Of a DNA stretch of 47,242 nucleotides, positions 8,775-18,575 are shown one piece after another. Position 1 is the first letter of the stretch. Every line of letters begins with the position of its first letter. Source of the stretch: a virus (taxonomy: Duplodnaviria; Caudoviricetes). The notes under the pieces were generated by a model. That model saw only the letters and a program-made list of their open reading frames with translations, ran no database searches and had not been told where the DNA came from. The DNA lies in IMG/VR virus record IMGVR_UViG_3300012940_000036, positions 1 to 47,242 of that record; one strand, 5' to 3'. A program made the translations under genes and the position numbers.

Positions 8775-9095
8775 ATGGGATTCAGGTTCAGAAAGAGCAT
8801 CAAAGTAGCGCCAGGTATCAAGCTGAACATCTCCAAGGGAGGCGTTAGCACTACTGTTGGGAAACGCGGCGCGTCTGTGAACGTCGGCAAAAAAGGCGTG
8901 CACACCAATGCAGGCATACCTGGCACCGGTCTCTCATACCGCACGAAGATTTCAGGCGGCGTAGGCGCACCCCGGCAACGAAAGGTATCTCCAGTCTCAT
9001 TCGTGGCCGGCTTCTTTCAGTTGGTAGTTGTCCTAATGAAGCTCGCCTTCATCATCTTCGTCTGCTACCTGATCATGAAAGTGTTCTTCTTCTAG
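8775..9095 (+). CDS. Moron: DUF4236-like protein with C-terminal membrane anchor
   Basis: MGFRFRKSIKVAPGIKLNISKGG...GIPGTGLSY signature; hydrophobic tail; opposite strand. Confidence 0.85.
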   Translation: MGFRFRKSIKVAPGIKLNISKGGVSTTVGKRGASVNVGKKGVHTNAGIPGTGLSYRTKISGGVGAPRQRKVSPVSFVAGFFQLVVVLMKLAFIIFVCYLIMKVFFF

Positions 9096-9406
9096 CCCTC
9101 AGTCCACCAATAGAGATGCGAGCCTACGCCCAGGTTATCGAACGTGGGCACCGCATCAGGCTCGGCGGTCGTCTGCACCCACAGCGCAGCGGTGAATCCC
9201 AGGTGCGCATAGGCCGCCAGCAAGTTGCAGCCCGTCACCAGAGGGATGCCGTTGATGATGGGCGTGCCGCCGGCGTCGGCGATATCCAACACCCAACCGC
9301 CGTCCACGGCATTCCGCCACTGCACCCGCAGCTGATACTCGACGCCGCTCAATGTGATGCTGAAGCGCTGCCCCTCGGGCGACAGGGGAATCTCGAAGTT
9401 CGCCAT
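9092..9406 (-). CDS. Baseplate plug-like small protein
   Basis: FEIPL and GIPLVTGCNLL motifs; position. Confidence 0.7.
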   Translation of the reverse strand: MANFEIPLSPEGQRFSITLSGVEYQLRVQWRNAVDGGWVLDIADAGGTPIINGIPLVTGCNLLAAYAHLGFTAALWVQTTAEPDAVPTFDNLGVGSHLYWWTEG

Positions 9407-9409
9407 CGA

Positions 9410-10006
9410 TCACCCCGTTCCGTTCGGCGGTTGCCAGCCGCCAGGCGCTGGAAAGGCCTCAGCCGTTTGCTTCGATCCCATGTTGGACACTTCGCCCGTG
9501 CCCTGCGGGTTCGCCTGGGCATCACGCGGCGGCAGCGTCGTCGCCTGCGTCTGCACGATGATCACCTGCCGGCAGACCACCGTGCACATCAGCGCGTATT
9601 CGGTCCGAGGGTCGGTGGTCAGTGCCAAGCTGCGCATCAGCATGTTCTGGTAGGTGCGCTTGCCGGTCGACACGTCGAACGGAATACGCGATTCCTGCAA
9701 TGCCAGTAACTGGTTGTAGACACCCGACACGTAATCAGAGCCGAAGGCGGAGTCGCCGAAAATGGTCGAAACCGCCTGGCGCAGCCCGGAGATCAGGCTG
9801 CCAAGGCTCGAATTGCTCCACCCACAGCGAATCACCACCTCTGCCGGCTGCTTGAAGGCGTGGTCGTTGATGTTGGCACCGAGCTCCACGGGGTGCTCGG
9901 TGATCTGCAGGTTGTCGGTGCTGAGCTCTTCCAGAGTGACCATCGCAGTGATGGGCCCGATGGAGCGCTTCGGGTCGATCGAGATCAGTCCTGCAAAGTT
10001 GGGCAT
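9410..10006 (-). CDS. Tail tube initiator / Dit-like baseplate protein
   Basis: ITEHPVELGANINDHA and TGKRTYQNM motifs; follows the tape measure gene. Confidence 0.75.
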   Translation of the reverse strand: MPNFAGLISIDPKRSIGPITAMVTLEELSTDNLQITEHPVELGANINDHAFKQPAEVVIRCGWSNSSLGSLISGLRQAVSTIFGDSAFGSDYVSGVYNQLLALQESRIPFDVSTGKRTYQNMLMRSLALTTDPRTEYALMCTVVCRQVIIVQTQATTLPPRDAQANPQGTGEVSNMGSKQTAEAFPAPGGWQPPNGTG

Positions 10007-10007
10007 A

Positions 10008-11726
10008 TCAGTTCACCGCCGTACTGGTGCTTCGGACCATTTCCTCGTTCACACGGCCCTGAGCACCGGCGACGGCCTGGGCGGTAGAATTCGGATCTGA
10101 TCCACCGGACACGTTGATATTGGTTGTCTGATTTAGCTGCACAGCCATCTGGCCGCGCTTCGCGGCTTCAACCTCGGTAGCGGCTGGCCGCTCGTAGTAG
10201 CGCGACACAACCCCGCCGGCATCCTGGGCGTTCTGGGCAGCCATCAGCAGCTTCCCTGCCTTCTGCTCGGCGCCCTGGGTCAGCTCGTACTGGACGAACT
10301 CCAGCTGCTTCATGAAGTCCGCTCGCGGGTCGTGCAGGCTGAAGCCTGCGAACTTCTCGAACGCCTGCTGGCGGTCGGGATGCCATTGACCAATCCCCGC
10401 AGCCCGTCCCCAGTCGCCAATGGCATGGGGGTTCAGATTGCTCTCGGCGGCCAGATTGGAAACGATTCCGGCGGCCTGATGCGGCTTCCAGCCTTGCGCC
10501 TGGAAAAAGTCCATGGCGAAGGTCGACTTGTCCTTGTCGACGCCCTGCAGGGTGCGCCAGGCGTTGGCCATTGCATCCAGGCCGGGAGTCTTCGGCTCCT
10601 GATCAGGCAGGCCGCGCTCGCGGCGAATGCGCGCCACTTCCTTGTCTTCGCCTTCATTGAGGTCAGGCGAATAGAGCATCCCCGCGACAAAGGCAGCGGT
10701 AGGCCCAATTGCCATTACCAGCTTCCTCAGAGCACCACCACCAGCGGCAGTCTCGGCTGCACCAATTCCTTTCCCAAGTTTCAGGAACGCGCCCGCCAGC
10801 TTGAGAATTCCGGTTACCAGAGACGTAAGGCCGAGCGCACGCATAAGCCCCAGCACTACGATGATCTTCGTGCTCCAGCCATCAGTTGCTTTGTCCAAGT
10901 CAACGAAGAACTTGTAGACAGCCTCAAGGTACGGCTCGGACTCTTCGCCAAACTCGACGAGTGCCTTGGTCACGTCAACGATCCGGTCCCGGATCATCGG
11001 ACTGTTCTTCTCGAACCAGGCGGAGAACTTCTCCAACTCCGGGCCGAGGCGATGCATCAGCTCGGCCTGCACCTGGGTGCCCAGGGTCTCGAACTGCAGA
11101 CCGATGCCGCGCAGCTGCACCATGAACTCGTGGGCATCGCGGGTGGCTTGGTTCAGCCCGGCGCCGGCGAGCTTCTTGCGGTTCTCCTCCAGCTTTCGGC
11201 CGAACTCGCCATTCATGATGGCGCGCATGGTTTTCTCGTCGACGCCAAGGATCGAGGCGTACTGCTTAGCCTGATACCAGGGCATCGAGCGCAGGCGCTG
11301 GCCCAAGCCTACCAGGATGTCGGCGGTGTCCTTGATGTTGCCGCGGGCATCTCGCGTCTGGACGCCCAGGCTCTGGAGGAAGCCCTCGCCGCCCGGATTG
11401 TCGCGCAGGAAGCGCGCCATGCCTTCGAGCGAACCGCGCACCTCAGCGGCAGAGGCCCCCAGGTCGCGGGCCGCATAGTCGGCGGCCTTCAGGCTATCCG
11501 CTGCAGCACCGGTCCGCTGCGCCGCGTAGTACAGGCTTTCCAGGTTCGAGGCGAAGGCCGAGACCCCGGCGGCGACAGTCAGCGAAGCGCCGGCCAGCGT
11601 GGTGACCAGTTTGGTCACCGCCTTGGTGGCGTTGTCGATACCGCCGGTGAAGATCTTCAGCCCCTTCTCATCGACCTTGAATCCCAGGCCGACCAAGAAC
11701 TCCTTGATCACATCGGAATCGGCCAT
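10008..11726 (-). CDS. Tape measure protein with C-terminal tail-lysozyme domain
   Basis: VIKEFLVGLGF start, helical Ala-rich body, QAAGIVSNLAAES...GIGQW lysozyme-like motif. Confidence 0.88.
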   Translation of the reverse strand: MADSDVIKEFLVGLGFKVDEKGLKIFTGGIDNATKAVTKLVTTLAGASLTVAAGVSAFASNLESLYYAAQRTGAAADSLKAADYAARDLGASAAEVRGSLEGMARFLRDNPGGEGFLQSLGVQTRDARGNIKDTADILVGLGQRLRSMPWYQAKQYASILGVDEKTMRAIMNGEFGRKLEENRKKLAGAGLNQATRDAHEFMVQLRGIGLQFETLGTQVQAELMHRLGPELEKFSAWFEKNSPMIRDRIVDVTKALVEFGEESEPYLEAVYKFFVDLDKATDGWSTKIIVVLGLMRALGLTSLVTGILKLAGAFLKLGKGIGAAETAAGGGALRKLVMAIGPTAAFVAGMLYSPDLNEGEDKEVARIRRERGLPDQEPKTPGLDAMANAWRTLQGVDKDKSTFAMDFFQAQGWKPHQAAGIVSNLAAESNLNPHAIGDWGRAAGIGQWHPDRQQAFEKFAGFSLHDPRADFMKQLEFVQYELTQGAEQKAGKLLMAAQNAQDAGGVVSRYYERPAATEVEAAKRGQMAVQLNQTTNINVSGGSDPNSTAQAVAGAQGRVNEEMVRSTSTAVN

Positions 11727-11956
11727 TTACTTGGACTCCATGGCCTTCTGCAGGCGCGCCTTGTTCTCGGCGCGCACCAGGAGGCAGTCGTTCATCAGGG
11801 CGATATCCGCCAGATCCAGCGTCCCGTCGAGCAGGGATTCGTACTTGCACATTCCCTCGGCGACCGGCAGCAGGAGCCAGTCCAAGCCGTCTGGCAGCTT
11901 CGCCAGTTCGACCGTTGACCCTACCCCTGCGCCGAGGTCGACAGGAGTCCGGCCAA
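11727..11956 (-). CDS. Tail chaperone T segment, reached by -1 frameshift (...VELAKLPDGLDWLLLPV...KAMESK)
   Basis: Open -1 frame from the slippery site to TAA at 11727-11729; no clear RBS or start of its own. Confidence 0.75.
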
Positions 11957-12361
11957 AAAAGGGCCCAGGGACTCGCGGACGACGTGCGCCGCCAGCTGCA
12001 GCATCACGCCGCTGTCGATATCGTCGAACATGACAACCTTCTGGCGATCATTCCAGACCGGCGACCAGGTGGTGCCTTGTTGCCGGGCGACCACCGACAG
12101 GCAGGTGCCCATGACGTATTCGGCCGTCTCGTCCGACATGGTGGCCACGGCCTCGGCGAACGGCTCGAACAGTGCAGCCATTGCGACCAGGTCGCTGCTC
12201 AAGGGCTTCGCGCCATCCGCCTTCTGGCTCTCGGCCAGCTTGGCGAAGACTGGGATCAGCGCCGGGATCACCGGCGCGATCTTGCGGGAGAGGTGGAACT
12301 GGCGCATCGCGTCGATCTTGGCGGTGCGGTAGTTCTGGCCGCTTACGGTGAATTCAGCCAT
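11921..12361 (-). CDS. Tail assembly chaperone G
   Basis: Between tube and tape measure genes; carries the slippery site. Confidence 0.85.
   Translation of the reverse strand: MAEFTVSGQNYRTAKIDAMRQFHLSRKIAPVIPALIPVFAKLAESQKADGAKPLSSDLVAMAALFEPFAEAVATMSDETAEYVMGTCLSVVARQQGTTWSPVWNDRQKVVMFDDIDSGVMLQLAAHVVRESLGPFLAGLLSTSAQG
11954..11963 (-). other. Programmed -1 frameshift slippery site CCCUUUUUUG
   Basis: In-frame X XXY YYZ heptamers (C CCU UUU and U UUU UUG) near the end of the G gene. Confidence 0.8.
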
Positions 12362-12801
12362 CAGTAAGTCCCCAGCAGGCCGTCAATTTTGATGGAGTCG
12401 AATACCCACTCCACGATGTCGCCGTCCTTGCGGTAGTTCAGGTCCGGGCGCTTCTTGAAGGCACAGGAGCGCGCCACGGTGGTGTCGCCGTTGGCCGAGT
12501 TGGTCACGGTGATCACGTTGTTTCCCCAGGCCGAGGAACTCAGCGACTGGGCGTCGTATAGGGCCATCAGCTGGGCGTTCTTCGGCGAGGTCTTCAGCAG
12601 GCGCACAGTGACCTGGCCCGACTTGTCGGCGTGCATGGAGTGCATGCCCTCGCCGTCGGAGCCAATCATCATGGTGTTCTTGTCACCGGCCGCGACGATG
12701 GAGATGCCCTCTTCTGCCGTCGCCGCGCCGGCGCCCAGGTCGATCACTGCACCTGCGCCGACCAGGGTGGCGTTCACATCGAGAAATGAGTAAGTGGACA
12801 A
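12361..12801 (-). CDS. Tail tube protein (DUF3277-like)
   Basis: TYSFLDVNA and VTVRLLKTSP motifs; AAGGAG RBS with TTG start. Confidence 0.85.
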   Translation of the reverse strand: MSTYSFLDVNATLVGAGAVIDLGAGAATAEEGISIVAAGDKNTMMIGSDGEGMHSMHADKSGQVTVRLLKTSPKNAQLMALYDAQSLSSSAWGNNVITVTNSANGDTTVARSCAFKKRPDLNYRKDGDIVEWVFDSIKIDGLLGTY

Positions 12802-12813
12802 TTTGAATCTCCT

Positions 12814-13350
12814 TTATCCGGCGTTCGCGAATTCGCCGTGCAGGCGTTTTGAGGCCGCAACGTATGCGGCATGTGCGAGTTCGGGAGTGTCAAATGTCCC
12901 GATGTAATGCTGTTTTCCTTGGTGCTGAATCCGTGCAATCCAGCGCGGAGTATTTGGATGTGCCGATACACCCTTCAGCCCAGCCCGATTGCCTCGGTTC
13001 ATCCGCCTGTTTCTGCAGTTCTGTTCTTTGGTGCAAGAGCGCAGGTTCAAAAGTCGGTTGTCCAAAGGGTCGCCATTGATGTGATCAACCACCTCGGGCC
13101 ATTCCCCTGTAACCAGAGCCAGAGCAATTCTGTGAGCGCCAATGAACCCATACTGGCCAAGGTTTATCAGCCGATATCCTGTGCTCTGCACCACATGTCC
13201 AGCTACTTTCCCTACATCTCTAGACCGGAATACACGATGACCACGATCGGTAGCGAAATGCGATCGTGGGCGGTCTTTCCATGTCAGAACACCTGATTCG
13301 GGGTCGTAGCTCAGCGCCTCTCGCAAGAAATCAATCGGGGCTGAGTTCAT
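12814..13350 (-). CDS. HNH homing endonuclease with AP2 domain
   Basis: YDPESG, AHRIA, VDHINGDPLDNRLLNLR and GTFDTPELAHAAY...LHGEFA motifs; lower GC. Confidence 0.93.
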   Translation of the reverse strand: MNSAPIDFLREALSYDPESGVLTWKDRPRSHFATDRGHRVFRSRDVGKVAGHVVQSTGYRLINLGQYGFIGAHRIALALVTGEWPEVVDHINGDPLDNRLLNLRSCTKEQNCRNRRMNRGNRAGLKGVSAHPNTPRWIARIQHQGKQHYIGTFDTPELAHAAYVAASKRLHGEFANAG

Positions 13351-13353
13351 GAA

Positions 13354-14835
13354 TCACCTATTCACATTTACGATGACGTCGACGAAGTGGACGGCGCCGG
13401 CCAGCTTGACCGCCACCTGGATGACGGGGGCCTTGCGTGCTTCGCGGTCTGCCTGCGACTGGGTCGCCACCGGCGGCGCGTAGACGTAGTAGCCAGTGCT
13501 CAGGAACTGTCCGGTCTTCAGCGCACCGAACTCCGGTCCGTTCCACTGGCCGGGCGCTACCAGGCCATTCGCGACAGCCTGGTCCAGGCGTTGGCAGATC
13601 GTGGTGACGATCCGGTTGATGCCCTGGTCGGTCTGCGGAATTTTCGTGGTGCTGGTGTACAGCAGGTTGTAGACGGCGGTCTGCAGGTCGTTCTGCAGCC
13701 AGTCCAGGCCGTGCACCTCGTCGAAGAAGTACCCGTTGGCCATCACTCCTTCCTGGATGATGGCGGTGTCGTTGCTGTAGTTGACGAAGACGTTGCAGTT
13801 CTTCGCCTTCAGCGCGGCAGCCTGGGTCTCGTTGAGACTCTCGGCGGTGACGCCCGGCTCCTGCTTGAACTTCAGGGTGATGGTCGTGTTGTTGCCCTGG
13901 AAGTTCACGGTGAAGGCCCGGCCGAAGATCGAGGCCGCGGCGTATGGGCTGCTGCTGGAGAACTGGTCGAAGGTGCGTTTGTAGTTCGCGGCCTTCAGCT
14001 TCGCCACGATATCGGTGGTGCTGGTGCCGTCCAGAGCCAGCGGGTTCTGGGTGGTGTAGCCGAAGATGCGCGACTGGCCGGAGCCCTCGATGAAGGCGGC
14101 CACTGCGAGCACATCGCTCTCGGACAGGGTGGCGTCGGCGACCTGCAGGCCATACCAGGCATTGGAGATTCCGGCGATCTCGGCGACAGCGTCCACCAAC
14201 GACTCGGCGGCAACGCCATTCACCGGAGCGGATGCCACGCCAGTGACCAGGCCCAGCAACGCAGAGATGTCGGTACCCGAAGCCGGAGCCTCGGCGTAGG
14301 TGATCGTCGAGGTCACACCGGTGGTGCTGCTGGTGATCTCGAAGCGGTCGAAGGAGGCATTCCAGACGCAGACGCCAGAGGCTCCCAGCTTCGCGGTTAC
14401 CGCCGAGGCGACGCCGTTCAGGTTGGTCACGGCCGACAGGTCGACTGCACTCAGGGTCTTCAGGGTGCCGTCGATGGTGATCTTCATGCCGCCGGCGGTG
14501 ACCGCGGTGAAGTTCGACAGGGCCTGCTGGGCGTCGGACAGCGCGCCGCCCTTCAGCAGTGCAGAGGTCGCGGCCTTGGCCCAGCGACCCACAAACAGGG
14601 TTTCCGGCTGCGGCGACTGGCTGTAGTAGAGGTTCGCGGCCAGGTATTCCGGAGCGGAGGTGCCGAAGTCGGCGGCCACGCCATCCAGGCTGGAGTATTG
14701 GCGGATGCGCTCGTTTACGTCGACCACCGGCGAGGAGCCGAGGATCAGCAGCGCACCGAAATCTCGGATGGCCGCCGCCTTGGGAGACATGACGACCTGG
14801 ACGCTCACCACGTCCGAAACGGCGAGAGTTTGCAT
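13354..14835 (-). CDS. Tail sheath protein (DUF3383-like)
   Basis: 493 aa; [18 protein letters not shown] and AGAVHFV motifs. Confidence 0.9.
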   Translation of the reverse strand: MQTLAVSDVVSVQVVMSPKAAAIRDFGALLILGSSPVVDVNERIRQYSSLDGVAADFGTSAPEYLAANLYYSQSPQPETLFVGRWAKAATSALLKGGALSDAQQALSNFTAVTAGGMKITIDGTLKTLSAVDLSAVTNLNGVASAVTAKLGASGVCVWNASFDRFEITSSTTGVTSTITYAEAPASGTDISALLGLVTGVASAPVNGVAAESLVDAVAEIAGISNAWYGLQVADATLSESDVLAVAAFIEGSGQSRIFGYTTQNPLALDGTSTTDIVAKLKAANYKRTFDQFSSSSPYAAASIFGRAFTVNFQGNNTTITLKFKQEPGVTAESLNETQAAALKAKNCNVFVNYSNDTAIIQEGVMANGYFFDEVHGLDWLQNDLQTAVYNLLYTSTTKIPQTDQGINRIVTTICQRLDQAVANGLVAPGQWNGPEFGALKTGQFLSTGYYVYAPPVATQSQADREARKAPVIQVAVKLAGAVHFVDVIVNVNR

Positions 14836-14852
14836 TGAGTTCTCCGATGGAG

Positions 14853-15404
14853 TCAGCCGGTGATGACGGGGGTATCAGCGGACAGGATGTTGAGCACCGG
14901 GTAGGTGCGTTCGATCTTCCGGCGGAGCCGGATGCGCAGGTCGTAGCGGCGGACCCACTGTTGGTTGATCAGATCGGGCGCGGCGACCAGGTCACCGGCC
15001 TCGACGAAGGCCATACCCTGCGCTTTCAGGGCCTCGCTGTTCTGCGGGACGTACATGCCGTCGCTCAGCAGCTGGCCATAGGCCTGGGCGTTGGGCCCGT
15101 AGAAGGTGGCCAGCAGGATCACATCCTGGTGGCGCTGGTACTGGTCGGCGCCGTCCCCGGACCCGTCATGCTCGATGGCCGGGTTGGCGTCGGGCTTCGT
15201 CTGCATCACGCCAAAGGCGCACCAGTTGACCGTTGGCTCGGGCTGCTTCGGGTTGCCCGGCTGCCAGCGCGGCCGGACCATCTTGCCCGGCAGGCCGGTG
15301 ATCCCGGCCACCATCGGCTGCAGGATGTCCTCCAGCGCCTCGTCCGCGGGCGTAGGAGAGCCCGCCGGCGTCAGGTACCCGCCGGATGCTGAGGTGTTCG
15401 CCAT
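14853..15404 (-). CDS. Neck / tail terminator protein
   Basis: MVRPRWQP motif; directly before the sheath gene. Confidence 0.72.
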   Translation of the reverse strand: MANTSASGGYLTPAGSPTPADEALEDILQPMVAGITGLPGKMVRPRWQPGNPKQPEPTVNWCAFGVMQTKPDANPAIEHDGSGDGADQYQRHQDVILLATFYGPNAQAYGQLLSDGMYVPQNSEALKAQGMAFVEAGDLVAAPDLINQQWVRRYDLRIRLRRKIERTYPVLNILSADTPVITG

Positions 15405-15407
15405 GAG

Positions 15408-15782
15408 TTATCCCGCCAGGGGTAGGAGGTCGCAGGAGGCGGCGACGAAGCCGCGGCCGAAGTGGCTGTAGTCGTTGACGTTGGCCACTGTGTAATCGCG
15501 GCCCTGCCAGGTGACGACGTCGGCGATGCTGTCCTCGCCGCTCCCGGCGGTGAGCCTGAACATCGTGTGAATGGTGATGGAGCCTTTCTTGCGCTCGCCG
15601 CCGGCGATCCGTTCGAGGATGTCGCCCTTGTCGCTGGTTACCACGCCGGCGAACGGCGTAGAGGTCACGACGTTGGTCGCCCGACCGTTATCGCCGACGA
15701 CCTGGACGGAGCGCTTACAGACCAGCCCCGTGTCCATGAAATCCGGATCGAGGAGGATTTCAGTGACGTCGAGCTGGGCCAC
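15408..15782 (-). CDS. Head-tail adaptor / head closure protein
   Basis: LDVTEILLDPDF start, size and synteny. Confidence 0.7.
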   Translation of the reverse strand: MAQLDVTEILLDPDFMDTGLVCKRSVQVVGDNGRATNVVTSTPFAGVVTSDKGDILERIAGGERKKGSITIHTMFRLTAGSGEDSIADVVTWQGRDYTVANVNDYSHFGRGFVAASCDLLPLAG

Positions 15783-15786
15783 AGGG

Positions 15787-16350
15787 CTATTCCTTCTTGC
15801 GGATGACGTAAGTCAGGTGGTCTCCCAACTCACCAGTGTTGTGCAGCGGCCTGATGCCGGTTTCTTCTTGAGCCTGCTCCGGCGTAGCGCCGTTAGCGAT
15901 CAACTCCAGGTATTTCTTCTCGTCCGCTCGCATAGATTGAGTCCGCCGAGCCTTCCGGCGCTTGCGAACTGTTGCAGGCTTCAGCGGCTCAAACTCGCCG
16001 CTTTCGATCTTTGTTTTGGCGCCAATCTGGCCAAGCAGGCCGGCCGCATGCAGCTGCTGGTCAACCCGACTGGAGTCTCCATCCATCGCCGCTTTCGCCG
16101 CTGCCTTCATGCGTGGCGTGATCTTGTCCATCGCCTCAGAAACCCCAGGCTCGAGGAATGGACGCGCAGGAATGTTCGCCTGCGGCGATCCGTACTCGTG
16201 GATGTACCCAATCTGGGCGTTATTGAGGGGGCCGCCACCTTCACGGCTTGCGCTGCTGGCGGGTATTCCAATCAGAACTTCCTGACCGACTAGCTTCTGG
16301 ATGGCAGCAAGTACCTTGCTCACATCATCCTTCACAACCTTCATCGTCAT
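15787..16350 (-). CDS. Tail completion protein (HK97 gp10-like)
   Basis: HEYGSPQANIPARPFL motif. Confidence 0.75.
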   Translation of the reverse strand: MTMKVVKDDVSKVLAAIQKLVGQEVLIGIPASSASREGGGPLNNAQIGYIHEYGSPQANIPARPFLEPGVSEAMDKITPRMKAAAKAAMDGDSSRVDQQLHAAGLLGQIGAKTKIESGEFEPLKPATVRKRRKARRTQSMRADEKKYLELIANGATPEQAQEETGIRPLHNTGELGDHLTYVIRKKE

Positions 16351-16730
16351 AGCTGGATGCCTCCAGAACCGATCATTCGCGCCAGTTGCAGGAACTGGAT
16401 GCCGTAGGTGGTCAGGTTGAAGAACCCGCCATCCTCCAGCGCGGCCGCGCCGCTGTCGTAGCCGACACTGACCTTGTCGACTGCCTTGCTGGTCAGCGGC
16501 CCCTTAACCTGGCCCGGAGCACCGCCAACCGCGGCCGTAGCCTGGTTGCCGGCGGCCAGCGCCAAGTTGTGGGCCGCGAAAAGCTCCATGCCGATGTCCA
16601 GATAGTCGCACCAGCGTTCAGCTGGGAGCGTCTTGCTGGCCAAGTCCAGCCAGAGGTTCACCGCCGAATCCGGGTACTTCGTGGTGTCGGCGAACTCGGG
16701 GAAGTCCTGGCGGAACTTGGTGGCGTCCAT
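16347..16730 (-). CDS. Head-tail connector (DUF4054-like)
   Basis: FRQDFPEF and TTYGIQF motifs. Confidence 0.82.
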   Translation of the reverse strand: MDATKFRQDFPEFADTTKYPDSAVNLWLDLASKTLPAERWCDYLDIGMELFAAHNLALAAGNQATAAVGGAPGQVKGPLTSKAVDKVSVGYDSGAAALEDGGFFNLTTYGIQFLQLARMIGSGGIQL

Positions 16731-16733
16731 CGG

Positions 16734-17048
16734 TTACTCCGTGGGGTTCTCGGCATCTGCGCGAGCTTTCTCGACGCGGGCGCGCAGAGTGTCGAGCCGG
16801 ATGTTACCGCCGACATTGATGCCGAACGAGGCCAGTTCAGCGAACAGGCGTTGCCGCTCGGCGGCCTCGTCCTCCGGCTGCTCTTCTTCCTGCTCCTCTT
16901 CAGCCGAGTCCTCCGGCTGCTCGAGGTGCGCCTGCACGAACCAGTGATCGAGGTGCTTGTCCTCGATCTTCTGAGTGCCGGCGGCGAACTCGATGATGCC
17001 ATCGGGGGTGTTCAGCTTGAACGCCTTGAGCACGTTGCGCTTGGCCAT
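16734..17048 (-). CDS. Small acidic phage protein after the capsid gene
   Basis: GAGGAG RBS; HWFVQAH motif; synteny. Confidence 0.7.
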   Translation of the reverse strand: MAKRNVLKAFKLNTPDGIIEFAAGTQKIEDKHLDHWFVQAHLEQPEDSAEEEQEEEQPEDEAAERQRLFAELASFGINVGGNIRLDTLRARVEKARADAENPTE

Positions 17049-17058
17049 GATGCTCTCC

Positions 17059-18057
17059 TCAGATGCCGTCGCGGTAGCCGATGGTTTCCGGGTAGACCAC
17101 TTCCACCACGCCCAGGCGGCCGTAATAGGTGGTGATCTGGCGGATGCCACGGTATTCCAGCGGAGTGCGCTGCAGCGGCACCATCGGGAAGCGGACACGG
17201 TCCTGCTCGTTGGTGTAGGCCATCATGCGGTTGGTGTTGCTGGTGCCGCGGTTGGTCAGCCACTTCAGCGGCTGGATGTTCAGCGGCCGACCGTTTATGG
17301 CGTTGGACAGGCTGTTGACGCGCAGGAACTCCAGCACCGAGATGTTGCCTGCATCGGAGACGATGCGGCTCACCAGGCGGCTGTAGTTGACCGGGTCCAG
17401 ACGCAGTTCACTGGGGCAGATGGCGAAGCCAGAGGCAGCCCACACGCTGTTCAGCAGGTCGTTCACGTCGGCCAGGATCTGCGCCGGAGTGGCGGTTGCC
17501 CAGTTGCCGGTGACGGCGTTGCTGACGTTGGTGACGCTGGCCGCGTTGACCAGGCCGGTCACGCCGAGATCGGCATCACCGATGTACACCTGCTCATCGG
17601 TGTCCATGTTGTGCTTGAGCTGCATGCCGGCGAACTTTTGGGAGTCCACCGGGCGGCCCAGCCGCTGGGCGGATGCCAGTTCCGGCAGGGTCCAGGACAG
17701 CTCCATGCCCCAGAGGGTCAGGGGGCTGGGAGTCTTGCCGATGTCCAGCGCCAGCGAGGCGATGGAGCTGGAGTCCTTGCCGATCCAGGCCTTGCCGTTC
17801 GGGCTGGTGCCGCCCACAGCGGCGAAGGTGCTGTTGGTGAAGCTGGACATCTCGTCCGCGATCGACACGTCCTCGCGGAGCTGGATGTCGCGCGACCAGG
17901 TCACGGACGCCAGCGGGCCGTGCAGGTTCTGGTCCAGGCGCTCCAGTTCACCGATGAGGAACACGCCGGTGGAGTCGATGGTCGCCGCGTCGAAGGTCAT
18001 CATCGAGTCGCGGGTGTGCGCACGTTTGATAGCGCGCGGCAGGATCAGGTTGCTCAT
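17059..18057 (-). CDS. Major capsid protein (DUF2184-like)
   Basis: FLIGELERLD and GVVEVVYPET motifs; 332 aa; position. Confidence 0.9.
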   Translation of the reverse strand: MSNLILPRAIKRAHTRDSMMTFDAATIDSTGVFLIGELERLDQNLHGPLASVTWSRDIQLREDVSIADEMSSFTNSTFAAVGGTSPNGKAWIGKDSSSIASLALDIGKTPSPLTLWGMELSWTLPELASAQRLGRPVDSQKFAGMQLKHNMDTDEQVYIGDADLGVTGLVNAASVTNVSNAVTGNWATATPAQILADVNDLLNSVWAASGFAICPSELRLDPVNYSRLVSRIVSDAGNISVLEFLRVNSLSNAINGRPLNIQPLKWLTNRGTSNTNRMMAYTNEQDRVRFPMVPLQRTPLEYRGIRQITTYYGRLGVVEVVYPETIGYRDGI

Positions 18058-18070
18058 CGAGCTATCTCCG

Positions 18071-18565
18071 TCAGATGTTGTAGGCGATTTCGACGTTGCC
18101 GGAGGCATCCGCCGGGCCCATGAAGGTGGCAGTGGTGATCGCCACGGTGTTGGTCGAGTCGGCCGCGGCCTCGATGCCGCCGATAGGTTTGCCGGCGGCA
18201 GCGGCAGCCACGCGGACGTACACCTGGCCGTCCTTCGCGGCGGTGCCGGCGTTCAGCTTCACGGTCATGTAGCCGCGGCGAAGAACATCGGCGACGCCTT
18301 TGGTGGGCGGCGTGGAGGTGCCGAGCGGATCGGAACCGGAACCACCGGTGATCGGGTACGGACGAACCAGCAGGCCGTACTCGGCACCAGCAACGTCGCC
18401 CGCGCCGAAGGGCACGAACTTCTCGCTGACGATCTTCCCGAACAGGCCGAAGCCGGCGAACGGCAGCGACGGGTTCAGGAATACCGGCTCGATGGTGGAT
18501 TGGCTGGCACGGGTGACATCACCCGGAATGCCCGCCGGCATGCGGTACAGGAATGCGTTGCTCAT
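18071..18565 (-). CDS. Capsid decoration / cement protein
   Basis: YRMPAGIPG and DVLRRGYMTV motifs; between protease and capsid genes. Confidence 0.78.
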   Translation of the reverse strand: MSNAFLYRMPAGIPGDVTRASQSTIEPVFLNPSLPFAGFGLFGKIVSEKFVPFGAGDVAGAEYGLLVRPYPITGGSGSDPLGTSTPPTKGVADVLRRGYMTVKLNAGTAAKDGQVYVRVAAAAAGKPIGGIEAAADSTNTVAITTATFMGPADASGNVEIAYNI

Positions 18566-18575
18566 CGGGTGGTCC

